Translations under genes and position numbers: made by a program
Notes under the pieces: model-generated
What the model was told of the DNA's origin: nothing
The model's database searches: none
The model's input: only the letters and a program-made list of their open reading frames with translations
Shown: positions 37,642-58,089 of the stretch, piece by piece
Layout: each line of letters opens with the position of its first letter
Position numbering within the stretch: position 1 is the first letter of the stretch
DNA from: the human T2T-CHM13v2.0 reference genome, Homo sapiens
NCBI RefSeq assembly: GCF_009914755.1
Contig: NC_060929.1
Direction: 5' to 3' (one strand)
Length of the DNA: 64,000 nucleotides

Positions 37642-40600
37642 TTAAATGAGTAAGTACCTTTAAAATTTAGCAAAATGCCTGAAAGACAGCGTGGCATGTA
37701 GTAAGTGCTCATTAAGCATTAGTGTGTTTAATGGACTTTAGATTCCAATGTACAGTATCACAGTCATGATAATTAGCTGTACAGCTTACACAGGACCTGT
37801 GATATCCATGTGAAGCACCATCATTTTTTCCATTCAACTGAGAAGGAAATTGGCTAAGCGGAGTTAATAGTCTGGCTAATATCACAAACCTATTATTATC
37901 CAAAGGGAATAGAAACCAAGTATAGGCTTTCTCCCCCCCCTAGTTTCATGGCCTAAGAGATTAGACATGCAGAAAGTTTTACCTGTGACTTTTTCATGGA
38001 CATGTTTAGGTGTTCACTAGAGAGATGAAAATCAGTCTCTTTTTGTATGTTTATTTGGTTGGTTTCCTTTTTTTTTTTTTTTTTTTGGATTGGCATTCCC
38101 CTCTTACTGATTGTTTAGGGTCTAGCTGACCCCTATGGATTTCCATAACCAGCCCTCAGGCCTGAGAGACAGCGTTCCCACTGTCAGCAGCGAGCCCAGC
38201 GCAGGATCTGGACATGGAGTCTGGTGTTTCTCCAGCCGGGCAGCCCAAGCATAGCCTCTCCCTGGAGCAGGAAGGAGAAGCTCCTTCTGTACCTTTACCA
38301 GGAGCACAGCCACACTGTTCTGAAAGCAAACTCATGCTGGATGCCTGCAGGTTCCAGAAGGTACGGTCTCCCAGTCTTCCTGCCCTTCTGGGATCTAGCC
38401 TCATTGCTCAGACCTCTGCAAGTTTGTCCTGCGAGGCTCCCAGGCCTTTGTGGAGCAGTGCACATGGCCGAGCTCTGCATTCCCCTTTCTTGTTCCTCTT
38501 CTTCAATATCTTCCTTCCTAGGCCTTTTCCAGATTTCCTGTCTCTGCCCCCACCATTTCTCCTTTCCAAGCTACAGAGATGGATCCCCATCCTCTTCTGC
38601 ATTGTGAATGTCCCGACCCTGCCCCAGCTGCCACTGCCAGGGAGGCATTTTCTGCGGCAGGTGGAGGCTTGGTGTGCATGAGGGACTCAAAGGCACCTGG
38701 CCAAGGCCTGGGAGAAAGGAGAGTGTGGGCCAGAAAGGAAGCAGGGTTGGGTGGGCGGGGGACCTTCCTTTCCACAATGCTGCTCTTATCTCATACAATA
38801 TCTAAAATAAAGCCCATCTCTTCTCAAGAATTCCCTTTTGAGTGTGTAGAAGACATGAGTGGTTAATCTTCTCTTTAAAGGTGACCACATTGACCCAATG
38901 CTCTGCCTTTGTTATGCTGAGGACACTCCCACCCAGTGACCATGACAGAAGTCACAGCACAAGACATCCTCATGACTCAACCAAGGGACCAAGGTGCTTC
39001 CCTGTGTTTCCCAAGCAGCATAAAACCTCAGTGAGGCCCCTTCCTCAATAACAGCTTGAGTCCCCAGACTTCTAGAACACTACTGTACTAACAAGAATAT
39101 TTCTTATTATCAACAGGACTAACTTATTTTAGCTCTCCATAATCTGATTTAAAATATACTTTTTCCCGTTTTTTCTGAGGAATGAATCGATTCTATTTTA
39201 CTGTCTTTCCTCTGACTTCTGAAAGGCTAGGAGCCAAAATAGAATGTTCAATATCATATTTCCAGGTCTGCAACTGCACGCTCATTGCAGTGAACTCCCT
39301 GAAGAGGAATAACACTGTTCAATTCCAAAACACATTGTATTTTTATATTTCTCATCTACTAATGAAGAAATGACAAGTGCATTTAGCATCATGAGCTCCA
39401 ACATGATGAGATGAACTGGAATGCCCAGAGTGGTCAGCACCTTACCTCTGTCCATGGGGACACCAAGCTCTTCTGCTCTGGAAAACACACAACGTTTGGC
39501 AATGAGCATAATGTATTTGGCATAAAGAGGTGCTGCTTTGTAAAACATTTTAATTTGCCAGGAATGAGTCAAAGATTTCATTTAGTCACTTGTCACGAAT
39601 TCAACACAGACTCGTGATAAAATGCTGAGCCGCCTTTCTCTCATTATTCAGAGGCCTCTGCTGTGTGTCTTCTGGGGAAGTCACGACTGGTGTCTCATCC
39701 CCAGGCTGCTTATGTGGTTCACGCCCCCTCCAGCCTCTTCTTAGTGAATGTTTTGGGAATCCCAGGTGGATGGCTCAATTAGAGGGCTGGAGAGGAAAAT
39801 CCCCAAGGGAGAAATAAATAGCCTTAATGAATGAAATCAAGGTTCCCTTGATACAATCCATAGGCCTGGATAGTCCCTCGATGAGTTAAACAATTATGTA
39901 GTGACTGTGTTATCAAGATCCTGAACAATGCTTGGATTATTACCTCCACCGGCTCACACATGTCCAGAAATGATGGTGATGTCATCCTTAAATTGTGTTA
40001 GTATAAAGGAAGTAGCAATAGTATCACAGTGGTCTAGAACTCCGCAACAAATCTTTGCTTCTTATAAAAGAGTAAAAACTGTGCAGTTGGTAATTGGTCT
40101 GTCTGTTGGGCAGGGTGGGCTGTGGGATTTTATATTAATTATTTGTGTATTAGTTAGGTGTAGGTTGCAAGTGATGTGAGGCCAACTCACACAGCTTTTT
40201 GTCAAAGGTTCAGAGAATCCCTGGGCCATTGTACACCCAGACCCTGGGAGGGGCAGAGGCATGAGTGGGCACCCCAGGGAGTCTGGGGCTTGGCTTCGTA
40301 TTTTACAGAATGTGTCTGCCCAGAGTGCCTACCGACCAATAGAGTGACCTGGCTTTCTTTTTCCCCCATATCCAAACATCCCAGAGAAACTCATCCTTGG
40401 AAGTCAAGCCTGGATGGATGGAACAGGCCAGGGAGGGATTGAAGGGCAGGGGAGCAGGGAATGACAGCTGACTTAGGTGGGCCCACTCACTCATTCCTGG
40501 GCCAGGCCACAGCGGCCAGGTGGGGTTGGATCAGGCAAAAACTGGGCAGGTTCTGTAGCACTTCCTAGAACAGAAATTCTGGAGAAAAAATTACCAAGAT

Positions 40601-41109
40601 GCAAAACAGAAAAAAAGATTCGGGCAACATCTTATGGATCCTGCAGTTTACAAAGCTGTCTCTGATACTTTTCCATCGGATTGCCACGCTAGGAAATGCA
40701 GGATTTACACTGTCCTCCTCTTAGAAACGAAGAGATGAAGACTTCGTTAAAAATCTAGCTCTTTGGATTCACATTTCAGAAAATTTTACTTTGTTAAATA
40801 GGGCAAGAAGTGAAATCATGATTTGTAATGTAAAAAATGCAGAGGAGGAGGGAGTGTTTCTAATGTGGCTGAGCCCACTAGAGTAAGGGTTACGAGAGTT
40901 TGCAGGGCAAGGACCTCATGCTATGAACACATAATTGGTCTTTCAGAGAATAGCAGCTTCCCTGAGACTCAGCCTAATATTCTTGATGAGGCCAGGCGGG
41001 TGTAAACTAAGCCACATCATCTTGCATAGCATGGTACACGTTTTATGTAAGAAGTCAAGCACCTTTTTTACCATATAACAATGTGAAGCACACTGTCATG
41101 GCTAAATAA

Positions 41110-41453
<344 letters not shown>

Positions 41454-42236
41454 TGTGAAGCTAATTTTTTTACAAAGTGGAAGGTGGACTGAGGTGCCAG
41501 CTGGCATCAGCAGAAACTGAAATACAGTCCACTTTAGACGCATCACCTGAGAGTACGGGTGCAGGTCTCCTGTGTGCTGCCAGGAAGCAGCATCCACAGG
41601 GGCAGCACTTTTCCAGTGCATGTCCAACGCTGGAAGGAAAGGATCCATCTTCACCACTCCTTCCTGGCTGTAGGAACATGCGAAGGTGAATTCTAACCCT
41701 ATCATGCCAGAACTGCAGCAAGGACCACAGAGACTGCGAATGTCCAAGTCTACAACAGAAGCTCAAATTGCAAGCTGGGTGAAGGAAGCCCTCTCTCAAT
41801 GACCCCATGCTAAGGATTCACACATGTTTTTGTGGTTGTTCTAGAAACAGAGGACTAGAAAGGAATTCAAAGATTCTAAAACAATACATACACTAAATTA
41901 TCTCAAGTCAGGTCATTAATATCTATTGTTGGGTATGATTTTAAGCTCCTTGGAGGCAAACACTGTCATCTTTTTCTTTCTGTATCATGCTTAGCATGCA
42001 AACAGCTGGAAGAGGTTGATAGATGCCCTTGGGGTCTGAAACGTCTTTGCAAGCATCCTGTAGCTGACTAGCAGGCTCGGATGAGTGCTTAAGTGAGAGA
42101 CTAGGTTCTTCATCAGATGGATGATGAACCCTTCTGGGGCATTTTCTCTGAGGAAGCATGGTGCAGCTCCAAACCTAGGTAGGAGAGATCACAAGATCAG
42201 CACTCAGGCATCATCAGAAGTGTTTAGAAGAGAAGG

Positions 42237-42712
42237 AGTACATTAGTCCACTAGGGCTGCCATAACATTTCATGAGCCCAAAGGCTTAAACAACAGGTGT
42301 TTATTTCTCACAGCTCTGGAGTCTGGGAATCCAAGATGAATTTCTCGGCAGGTTTGCTTTCCCCAAGGCCTCTCTTCTCGGCTTGCAGGTGGCTGCCTTC
42401 TTCTGTGTCCTTTCTTCTATACCTGTACATCCCTGGTGTCTCTCTTTCTTTTTATGAGAACACCAGTCTTATTGGATTAGGACCCCACTGTTATGAGCTC
42501 ATTAACATCAGTTACTTTTTAAAAGCCATATTCAAAATCCAGTTGCATTGGAGGTTAGAGCTTCAACCATATGAAGATGAATTTCAAGGGGGACATCATT
42601 CAGTTCAACCTGAACCTGGCCATGCTGGCACCCTGGTCTCAGACTTCTAGCCTCCAAAATTAGAAGAAATAAATTTCTGTTGCTTCAGCCATAGTCTATG
42701 TTAGACTAAGAC
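42237..42712. mobile_element. MLT1 LTR fragments in opposite orientations (minus ~42237-42606, plus ~42610-42712)
   Basis: ctagggctgccataac..ggcttaaacaaca..tttatttctcacagctctgga, then ctggcaccctggtctcagacttctagcctcca..aataaatttctgttg..gactaagaca. Confidence 0.7.
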
Positions 42713-43990
42713 ACATAGTCCTAGTGTTTCCTCTTCTAGGGCTCATTTTTCCTGAGTGTGCAAAACAAGAAAACAAACTCTTTGTAGCTAGAATTACTTT
42801 GTTATTACCAATTTATGTATTAAGAAATGTCACCCACAACACCTCCAGAGATGTTAAATAAATCAATGGTGACTTTCTTGACAGGGATGAGATCACCACC
42901 AGCTTCCAGTTCAAGAATTTCTGAAAGATCTTTGGCACCCAGAGCTAATGAGATGAAATGATCCCGGAACTCTTGCTGATCTCAGAAACTTGCTGCTGTT
43001 TTGCTTCATCTGGGATAAAGTTGAAACAGCTTTTAGACATAAAGCTCTTCTTTCAAATAGCTAGGTGGTGTCATGCAAATCAAAAACATTAGCCGAGGGT
43101 GAAAGGCTTCTAAATAATGCAGAGGCTGAAATCGACGGTTGTATGTATTTATAATTTTTTAAATCTCTAATTAGAATGCATCTGACTTTGTATTCTGTGT
43201 TTAAGAACTATTAAAGATTCTTTTGAAATTTGAAAGCTTATTATTAAGATGACAAAGTTCCCCTTTGTTTTTGTAATCCTTTTCTTACAACCATTCCGGT
43301 GAGAATGTTAGACAATTTAACCACAGTAATTCATTCATAAAATTCTTAAACTCAGTGCAAAATGCATCACTTTCTAAAATGTTGTAAAACTAACACAGTT
43401 TTACTTGAAGTTGACAAGTATGAAAAAAAGATCAACATTTTTGCATGGATCCTTTAGTCAAAAAAGTTTGGAAAAAACTAACTCTAAAGTCTCTACCTCT
43501 CACCCCCCACCCCCCTTTATTTCAAGTTCAGTTTCTAGAGCCGGTTAATATAGGAATATCCCTTGCACACCTTCAGGGGAACAGAGAATCCGATATTTTC
43601 CAAACTTTCTCTGGGCCAAAGTTTAGGACATTAATTATAATCAAAGGCTGCAGGTGATTATTCCTGGCTCCGGACTTCAATATCAATGACATAAGTGTGG
43701 GACGCTGGTCTATATGTCAAAATTTACCTAGAAGGAAAGATTTAAAATGGTACCCCCAGAGGGAAATAGAAAGAGGTGGAGAAAAGAAAAACAAGATTCT
43801 TTAGGTTTCATTAAAAATAATAAACATATTGGGAATAAGCCAAGGTAAACACTTTGGTTTAGGGGGAAAAAAATCAACACTGTGTTCTATGTCTGAATCA
43901 TGGAGCGAGAACATCCCAACACCATGGCAGTAATGGCCACTGGGCGTAGTTAGGAAGGAAAATTAGACAACTTGAAAATTCAGTGATTCA

Positions 43991-44293
<303 letters not shown>

Positions 44294-44693
44294 AGGAAAC
44301 TGGACGATTCACAAAGAACCGAGCCAAGAAAGAATGCTAATTGGCACACTGGGGTAACTGACTGTAGTAACGTTGGTACCTATTAAAAGAACTTCCAGTT
44401 ATCCTATTTTATGTACCAATAGTATAATTCCAAGTGAATTTTTATACTTAAAAGTTCAGAAAACAAGGAAGGAAAACTCAATGCAGTATTCATGAGAATT
44501 TCTGGAAAACTATTCTATTTTCTTGCATTCCACTTGGTATTGTTATTGAATACGCACATGTATAAATATTTTTAGTATTTACTTAAGAGGCTTTATAATT
44601 TTATTTTATTAGAATAAAATAATAGCTTGATTCCACATTATTTTGTGCATACATCTCATTACAACTAATGGAATCATAAAACAAATACATTTC

Positions 44694-45001
44694 TTTTTTT
44701 TTTTTTTTTTCGGACAGGGTCTCACTTTGTTGCCCGGGCTAGAGTACAGTGCTGTGATCTCGGCTGCTCACTGCAGCCTCGACTCCCCGAGCAGGTGATC
44801 CTCCTACCTCAGCCTCCCAAGTAGCTAGAACTACAGGCATGTGCCTCTGTGCCTGGCTAATTTTATTTTTTTGTATTTTTTTGTAGAGACTGGGTTTCAC
44901 CATGTTGCCCAGTCTGGTCTTGAACTCCTGGGCTCAAGCAATCTACCTGGCTCAGCCTCCCAAAGTGCTGGGCTTACAGGTGAGAGCCACTCTGCCCGGC
45001 C
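44694..45001 (-). mobile_element. AluJ with TSD
   Basis: Reverse Alu with J-type ctcctgggctcaagcaatc. TSD aca(a/g)atacatttct. Confidence 0.9.
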
Positions 45002-46681
45002 ACAGATACATTTCTAACACTCTGCTTTGCCCTCTTGATTGCAACACAATAATTAAAAAGGCATTCTTGTGAGTGTTGTTTTCCTATTTCAGCTAAGTCA
45101 TAGGCACCATCTATATGCTGTGTACCAACAACCCGCACAGACCAACACCCTTCCCAATGTGCAGCTGCCAAAGACAGATGAAACACAGAAACAAGAAATT
45201 CTTCTAAACCTTTTGTTTAGTTGCTGTTGTTTTTGTGTGTTGGATTTAAATTTTTCTCAATAGATGTATATTTTGTTAAAGGCAGGCAATACAATAATTC
45301 TTGTTCGTGCCGCCTGGATGGAGTTAATGAAGTTAGCCATGCATCATTGCCTCTTAATAGGATACTCGATCATCTCTGTCCCATTCTTCAGTGATACATT
45401 TTGAACCCTCCACACTGTCTATGTGTGCAAATGGGAATGTGTCCAGGTATATAATTGTGAAAACAAAGATCCATTTTGTTCTGCATCAGAAATAAATTCA
45501 CACAACACACACACACCTACTACTCAATTTCAGATGTCAATTTTACTGACAATCACGTTGTTAAAATGCCTTTGTTGATCTAAACTTAAAGAACAGAATG
45601 TACAAAATGGGTCAAAAAAGTGTGGCCAGTCTAAAACTGAAAAGACAAGTCAGGTAAAAAAGCAAATGGAAGCAGTAATCAGAATTTAAAATGTTTTAGA
45701 TATGGATTTTTTTTCTTTTGAAGGCTAATGAACTTTTATTCTTTTCCAGGGAAAACAGAGAGAGAGAGAGAGAGAGAGAGATGGCCTGGCTTATATGCTA
45801 ACATGAAAATGTATATTACCAAGGGCGGGGAAGCTTTCCTAGAGCCATCTGCTGCCCCTTCAGATGGAGGCACTTGCTTTTAGTGTTTAAAACTGATCCC
45901 AAGAGTCATCTGCAATATTTCGCTACTTTAAGCATAAATCACTGATAACACTAATAGCCCTGATGGATCCATTTTATTCGATTAATCAAGTTGCTTGATG
46001 TAGTTCCAATTGCTCAGATTCACCAGGGACATTCGATTGCATGATGCACAATTTTTCACGCTGATTCTTCTAATTACCAAAGTTTAATGCAGTTGCTGGT
46101 CAAAAATCACAAATATATTTGATTTAACAAATGCTCCTTTCACCATGAACAAAGCCCTTGAGGTATGCTTTTAGAGGTGGGGATGATTTTCTTCCTAGGC
46201 ATGACCTAATCTGATAAAGTGCAGCCAGATGATTCCAAGGGAAAATTCAGATGCAGAAAAATACTTCAAAAATTTTGCAGTACTTTTAAAAATTCTTCCT
46301 GGCTACCCAATCATGCAGTGTCATGGCAAGTTGCCATATGCGATTTAACATAAATTAGTGGTGGAGATAATGGAATTAATATAGCTAGCTATAGTTTGCA
46401 AGGGTGCAAGTTATATTTACTGAAAATCTAGGACATCTGATGTCAGAATTTGCTCTAGGGGAGCCCTTGAAACACAGATTTAATCTAGCTATGTAGAACA
46501 CACATTATGGAGATGGGTCCTTTGGAAGTCAGTTGGAAGGAGGTACACAAGAAAAGCTTTAAAGTAGCTCCTTTAGGTGAAGAACATGAAAAGAGAACAC
46601 ACTGGTAGTTAAAGGAGGAGAGTCAGCTGTGTCCATCAGATATATGGGTGGCCATGAGTGGCAGAATAACCACGTGGAACC

Positions 46682-47230
46682 TGTATTAGTCAGGGCTCCC
46701 TAGAGGGACAGAACTAATAGGATAGATGTATATATAAAAGAGAGTTTATTAAGGAGTATTGACTCACACGATCACCAGGTGAAGTCCCACAATAGTCTGT
46801 CTGCAAGCTGAGGATCAAGGAAGCCAGTCCAAGTCCCAAAACCTCACAAGTAAGGAGGCTGACAGTGCAGCCTTCAGTCTGTGGCCAAAGGCCTGGGAGT
46901 CCCTGGCAAATCACTGGTGTAAGTCCAAGAAACCAAAAGCTGAAGAACATGGAGTCTGATGTTTGAGGGCAGGAAGCATCCAGCACAGGAGGAGGATGAA
47001 GGCTGGAAGACTCAGCCAGTCTAATCTTTCCACGTTCCTCTGCCTGCTTTTTCCTAGTCATGCTGGCAGCTGATCAGATGGTGCCCACCCAGATTGAGGG
47101 TGGGTCTGCCTCTCCCAGTCCACTAACTCAAATGTTAATCTTCTTTGGCAACACCCTCACAGACACACCCAGGAACAATCCTTTGCATCCTTCAATCCAA
47201 TCAAGTTGACACTCAGTATTAACCATCACA
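46682..47230 (-). mobile_element. MLT2A/B (HERV-L) solo LTR
   Basis: tgtattagtcagggctccctagagggacagaactaatagg ... caagttgacactcagtattaaccatcaca. Confidence 0.9.
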
Positions 47231-48619
47231 GAATGTGAGTTCCCAAGGGAAACAGAAAGATCTCTTCCTTGGGGGCAAACAAGAGATGGTTGTTATACTT
47301 TCCCAGAGTACAGAGGGGCATATTCTCTAAGGAGAAGAACTCTGCCATGGAAGTGACGGTTAAAGGAAGTCTGTATGAACTCCAGTGCCCTGAGAAACAT
47401 GGGCATCTGGACACAGAAGCGAGTAAACCCCGAGTCCTCTTATGTCAGCTGAGAAAAGAAGAAAACTTCACAGCTGACACGTGTTTTTGAGTGTTGCTAT
47501 GTATTATCATTGTTTCCATGAAGCTTGCATAGTTAATAGTGGGGTATACTTGGACTCCATCATTTTCTGTTAATCAGATTGTCTCCTGTAATTTTATGGG
47601 GACATTATTGACCTTATATAGCTGGAAAGAGAATGCCACTTAGTTCAAATAATCTATCAAAGCAGAAGTTGCACCAGACAAGATTAAACAGTCAAGGAAG
47701 AATTTATTCAACACTATTGCAATAAGGAGAGGGATCATAACTCAGTCAGAACTCATCAGGCATAGAAAAACAATTTTTAAAGAAAACGCTCAAAGGAAAG
47801 GGAGGTCAGCCGGGAACTTGAGTAAGGAAGAAGGCTGTCTGAAGTTAGCCAAGCTGAGGGCAATGTTAAGGCCATCTTGGGCAAGCACACAAAATTTGAT
47901 AAACTAGTTAAAATTTCATGAAGGAAAGTGCTATATTTAAAAAGGTTATACAGGAGAAAACAAAAGCACAATCACAAGATAAGAGAATAGGATTCAAGAC
48001 CCTACATAAGGGCACTTCTCGGAAGAGTCTGACACAGCTGCGTGTGTTCACCACAAACTACAGAAGAGTGCCTGGGCTTAGCAAGCTGCATCAAAGCTTA
48101 TTGCTGACCTTGCTTCATCCATTTCCCAGTCTATCAAAATTAGCAAGTGGAACTCTTCAGTGAATTTCAAGAGCTAGGCTTCAAATGCAGTGAGGGACTA
48201 TCAGCTGGATAGGGTAAGATTTCAGGTATGGCACATAGCAAAGAGATCCACCTGTCACAGTAGAAGCCCCTGACTTGTAGTGACACACATGCACAGGGTG
48301 TTGAGTCAGCATTGTGAGCTGTACAGTGAGGGTATCTTCAAAGATGGCAACCGTGGCTTACTAAGCAGCTGCAAGGACATTGGCCCACTACCTGAGGCAG
48401 AATGGGCTGCGTAAAGAAGGGCACAGTGAAGCAGAATGCAAGTGCTGCTCTGGGAGTGTGGTGACCCCCACACACAGCCTTTTCTCTCACAAAGGAAACG
48501 TAGTGGACAGCAGTGCCCTGTCCACAAAGGGTCCATAATGTCATGTAAAAGACTGTGTTCAATCAGTGTCCAGCCTGAAGATACATTGGCAGACATGCCT
48601 AGTAGCTAATTATGTACAT

Positions 48620-49300
48620 AAATTTAGAGATTGGAAGACTGAGTACAGGCAAAGAACAATAAGTAAAGCAGAATTGAGGGAGATGAAACTAGATGTGTCA
48701 GATTGAGCAACACATGTTAAATTGTCCCAGGAGAGGGTGAGATATGAGAAGAGCATTTAGGAAAGGGACTGAAACACCAACATTTGAGACATAAGGTGGG
48801 TAAGAGAAATTGGGAATAGAATTGAGAAGATAGTAGAGAAGTAGCTAAAACCTAGAGAGAAACACACACACGCACACACACACACACCAGAAATTAGAGC
48901 GGAAAGATGTTTTACAGTCAGCAGTGTTCAATATATAATGATGTCAGCAAACATAGAAGAGGTTGGCTGTTCCATCTTTGCTGGCTGGCTCACTGTACTC
49001 ACTGTGGACTTTGTTGGGTGGTGTCTCGGTAGAGGGTAGGGTATAAAACAAACTGTCAGCTACAGGTGAATTGAACCAAAGTTGGGGAATCACGGACAGC
49101 TAATATAGCCCTGTATTTCTGTAAAAGCAACCATGAAAAGAGGCAGAACTCTCAAATCATATCTGAAAAATAGCTATCACCCAAGAGACGGTTTGGGGTG
49201 TTTTCATAAGTTAGTTATTCTGAATAGAGATGTGTGTTTCCATTGGGAAGAAAGCAATGGAGAAGAGCCATTTGAAGAAATGAGAAAGAAGCAAATTCAT
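48620..49300. mobile_element. Degenerate L2
   Basis: ataaatttagagattgg, gggactgaaacaccaacatttgag, cagcagtgttcaat. Includes a (CA)n near 48862-48887. Confidence 0.5.
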
Positions 49301-51204
49301 GATCAGGAAGGGCAGGGCTCCGCGGGACAGCGAGAGTAAGTGGGGGGAAGGCAGTGGGGAAAGTTCGAAGGACAGTCAGGCACAGGAAGGTCCAGTACCC
49401 CAAAAGCTTCCTGCCTGGGCACCCCTGCATTCTCCATGGAATAAGATGGGTCACTTCTGAAGGTCAGCAGGGGCTAACGGACTTGCAACTCTTGGGAAGA
49501 GTTGCTGGACTGATGGGAGAGGGCAGTGATAAAGGATATACGATGAAGAAGCCAGTTTTGAGGATGTAACAGACTAAATCCAGAATCACACACTGGCCCA
49601 AGGGCGTGACTGTATGTGATTTCTCAGCAACGCTCATCCACCCTGGTGTTGGTGTGTGGAGAAGCAAAATACCCAAAACTGTTAAAATAGCCAAAACAGC
49701 AGGCATGTGGGAAGGACTGCAAGTCAGGCAGCTGAAGCTGCACCACCAGGGGCCTGTGGAACTGTTGAATCCTGAGGTCAAAGCTAGAGCATGAGAGACG
49801 GACAGGGCTGAATGAAAAAATGGGATATTTGCATCCACAGAAGAACAGTCAGCTCTTGTTCCCCACTCCTCTGGTGGAGAGCCTTCCTCTACATGCCCCA
49901 GTCCCACAAGAATGTTTCTCGTCTCCTCTCACCTCTTCTTCCTCACTGGCTCTTTCCCAAGGAGAAAGACAAAGCGATCTAACTTGAGTTTGGGGTGAAA
50001 GTCACCATGATGAAGCTGGATATGGACTCCTTTGCTTTTCTGGGATCTCTCTCAGATCGTCCCGTCCTCAAGGAAGCCTTTTTCCTCTCTGCCTCATTCT
50101 CCAAGTTGTCAGCTGGGTAGAGCGGGGCTTTTCCTGGCACCCACGAGCACTTCATAGGTCCAGTCACAGAGGCAGAGAGTGTGAACGTGGCCACAGGCAG
50201 CCTCCAGTCACTCCAAGCTCACCCTGCAGCCTCCAAGCCTGGAATAATATCATAAGTGAGGTGAAACAATATCGAAGCCAGTGACCTGTCAAATGGGGAG
50301 GGGAACCAAAGGGAAGCATCATCTCACATTTCCTACCATCTGACTGGTGACGAGCAAGTGATTCCAGGATCAAACTCTCATTGGCACCTTCCCCTCCAGG
50401 CCCGTAGGTCTGTGAAATGGAAGGAAGAAGGGAGAAACAGCTTCCTTTCTATTCTTGATTACAACAGGCTTCCCGTTTCCTCCTGCAGAGATGCTTCTAT
50501 TGAGTCCAGTATTCGTATTGAAGCTGAATTCTTCCCACACACTTGACAACTCACTCAGGCAAGCAAAGACACAGGCAGTGACTCTGGGTGTAAATACCAG
50601 CCTGCAGCGATCAAGGGAATGAGACCACAGGGAGCTTCTCCAGGGAGCTGGGATCACAGACTCTGGCTCAGGCACTGAGATGAGGCTTATTCCCTGGGAA
50701 TTGGAGCATTTCCATGCTCCTACAAAACCACTTCTAAAGGAGGGAGTATAAATGCCATCAATATGGGCAATGTTCCTCATTAAGCTCCTGTGCCATGTTG
50801 TTTTTTTAGTAACGGACAGGAGCAGACTCGGGAGAAAATTAGATCTAATGGAATCTTCTGGATTAACAATCTGCCCACATAACCGCTGGACTCCTTGACT
50901 TGCCTCTGTCCACCCTCCTTCCCTGCTCCAGCCACCCTTGGAGTCTCCTGCCTCCTTGAGCACACTAGACTCTGTCTTTCCTCAGGCTTTGCTCATCCTT
51001 ACTCCTGCTTATTGCACAGAGGCTCACTCTTGCCTTCCAGGGCTCAGAGAGGCCCCCTTGACCACTCCTATTCAGGTCCTGCCATTCTCATCTATTACAA
51101 ACTATCCTGGCTTTTCTTTGTAGTGTTTGCCACAATTGCAATGACTTAACTTCTGCTTTTTGGAAGAGCAGGGAGCTGATTTATCTGCCCTGGGTCTCAG
51201 AAGA

Positions 51205-52133
51205 CAGAACTCCTGGTGTTGAACAGACTGTGTTATTTTCTGGAGGCTCTGGAGAAGAATCAGTTTCTAAGCTGACTTAGGTTGTTGGTGGATTTCAGTT
51301 CTGGTAAAGGAAAACAATCATGACACCGTTAAAGAGGATAAAGCAGACAATATCCAAGGGAAGCCATGGAGATGGGTATAGGGACCACTGCAACAGGGTC
51401 TTGCAGTACAAGAGAGCGATTGGAGCCAACTTCAGCAAGGACAAGTAGGGGTTTATGACGAAGGAGCAGGGAGGGCTCAGTAAATGGAAAATTACTAAGA
51501 GAAGCTGGATGCTTCTGTTATGCTTCCAGCCTAAGGGGGTCTTGGCTAAGCTGACTTGGTAGGATTATTGCTGAAGGCAATGTGGTAAAATAGATAGGGA
51601 GCGTGGTCAGATACCAAGCGTTGGGGGTGTCCTTGAAGGATTCTTATTCAAACTGCATTCTACAAGGACAGAGAAAGAAGCCCAAGTTTGGACCTATTCA
51701 ACAAGGACTCATGAGGTTGAGTAAAGTTTTGGTCAAAGGAGAGAGTCTTTGTCAGTTCCATGTTGCAGGCACCCTTCCCTTGTTAGCTGCCAGAGGAGAT
51801 TGTTCTTGCCTTCCAGGGGCAGCCCACATTCATGCTCATGGCACCTGTTACATAAGAGCTAGCATGGGTCCATCACAAACATATGCTGGAATCTCTCCAA
51901 CGGCTACTTCTGCCACATTTCTCTTCTGCCTCCAAGCCAGAGAAAGTTCTCTGCATTTTAGGACTTGTGTGGTAAGCTTAGGCACGCTGGAAAATTTAGG
52001 ATAATCTTTCTATTTTAAAGGATGTAATCCTAATTACATCTGCAAAGACCTTTCTCAACGGTACCTAGACGAATGTTTGACTAAATAACCAGGAGTGAGA
52101 ATCTTGCAGGGAAATCTTTAGAATTCCTGCCAC
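51205..52133 (-). mobile_element. MLT1 LTR interrupted by a MER31-like LTR
   Basis: ttctggaggctctggagaagaatcagtttc..gttgttggtggatttcagttc | gttccatgttgcag.. ataatctttctattttaa..taattacatctgcaaag..aattcctgcc. Confidence 0.65.
51302..51754 (-). mobile_element. MER31-like ERV1 solo LTR nested in MLT1
   Basis: Reverse strand starts tgacaaagactctctcctttgaccaaaactt. gttc duplicated at both junctions. Confidence 0.7.
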
Positions 52134-52154
52134 ACCCAGAATGCTGTCCTCCCT

Positions 52155-57495
<5,341 letters not shown>

Positions 57496-57624
57496 AAATG
57501 AAGAGGAAGTCTCCGAAGAATGGATGCTTACCCTAAAGAAACAGAGGTGGCATGGAAGAGATAAGCAAGACAAAAACAATTCTACTTTAAATATTTAATC
57601 CCCTGAGTAGAAAAAGGCTCATGG

Positions 57625-58018
<394 letters not shown>

Positions 58019-58089
58019 CTACATAATCCGATTATCACCATCATGAGGGCCATCATGAGAGTCATCTTTGCTATGAGGGTGATTATGGC

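Noticed and set aside
50370-50963. Longest ORF in the window (197 aa, minus strand)
   Set aside because: Non-ATG start, no recognisable homology or motif, and partial overlap with probable L2-like relic sequence.
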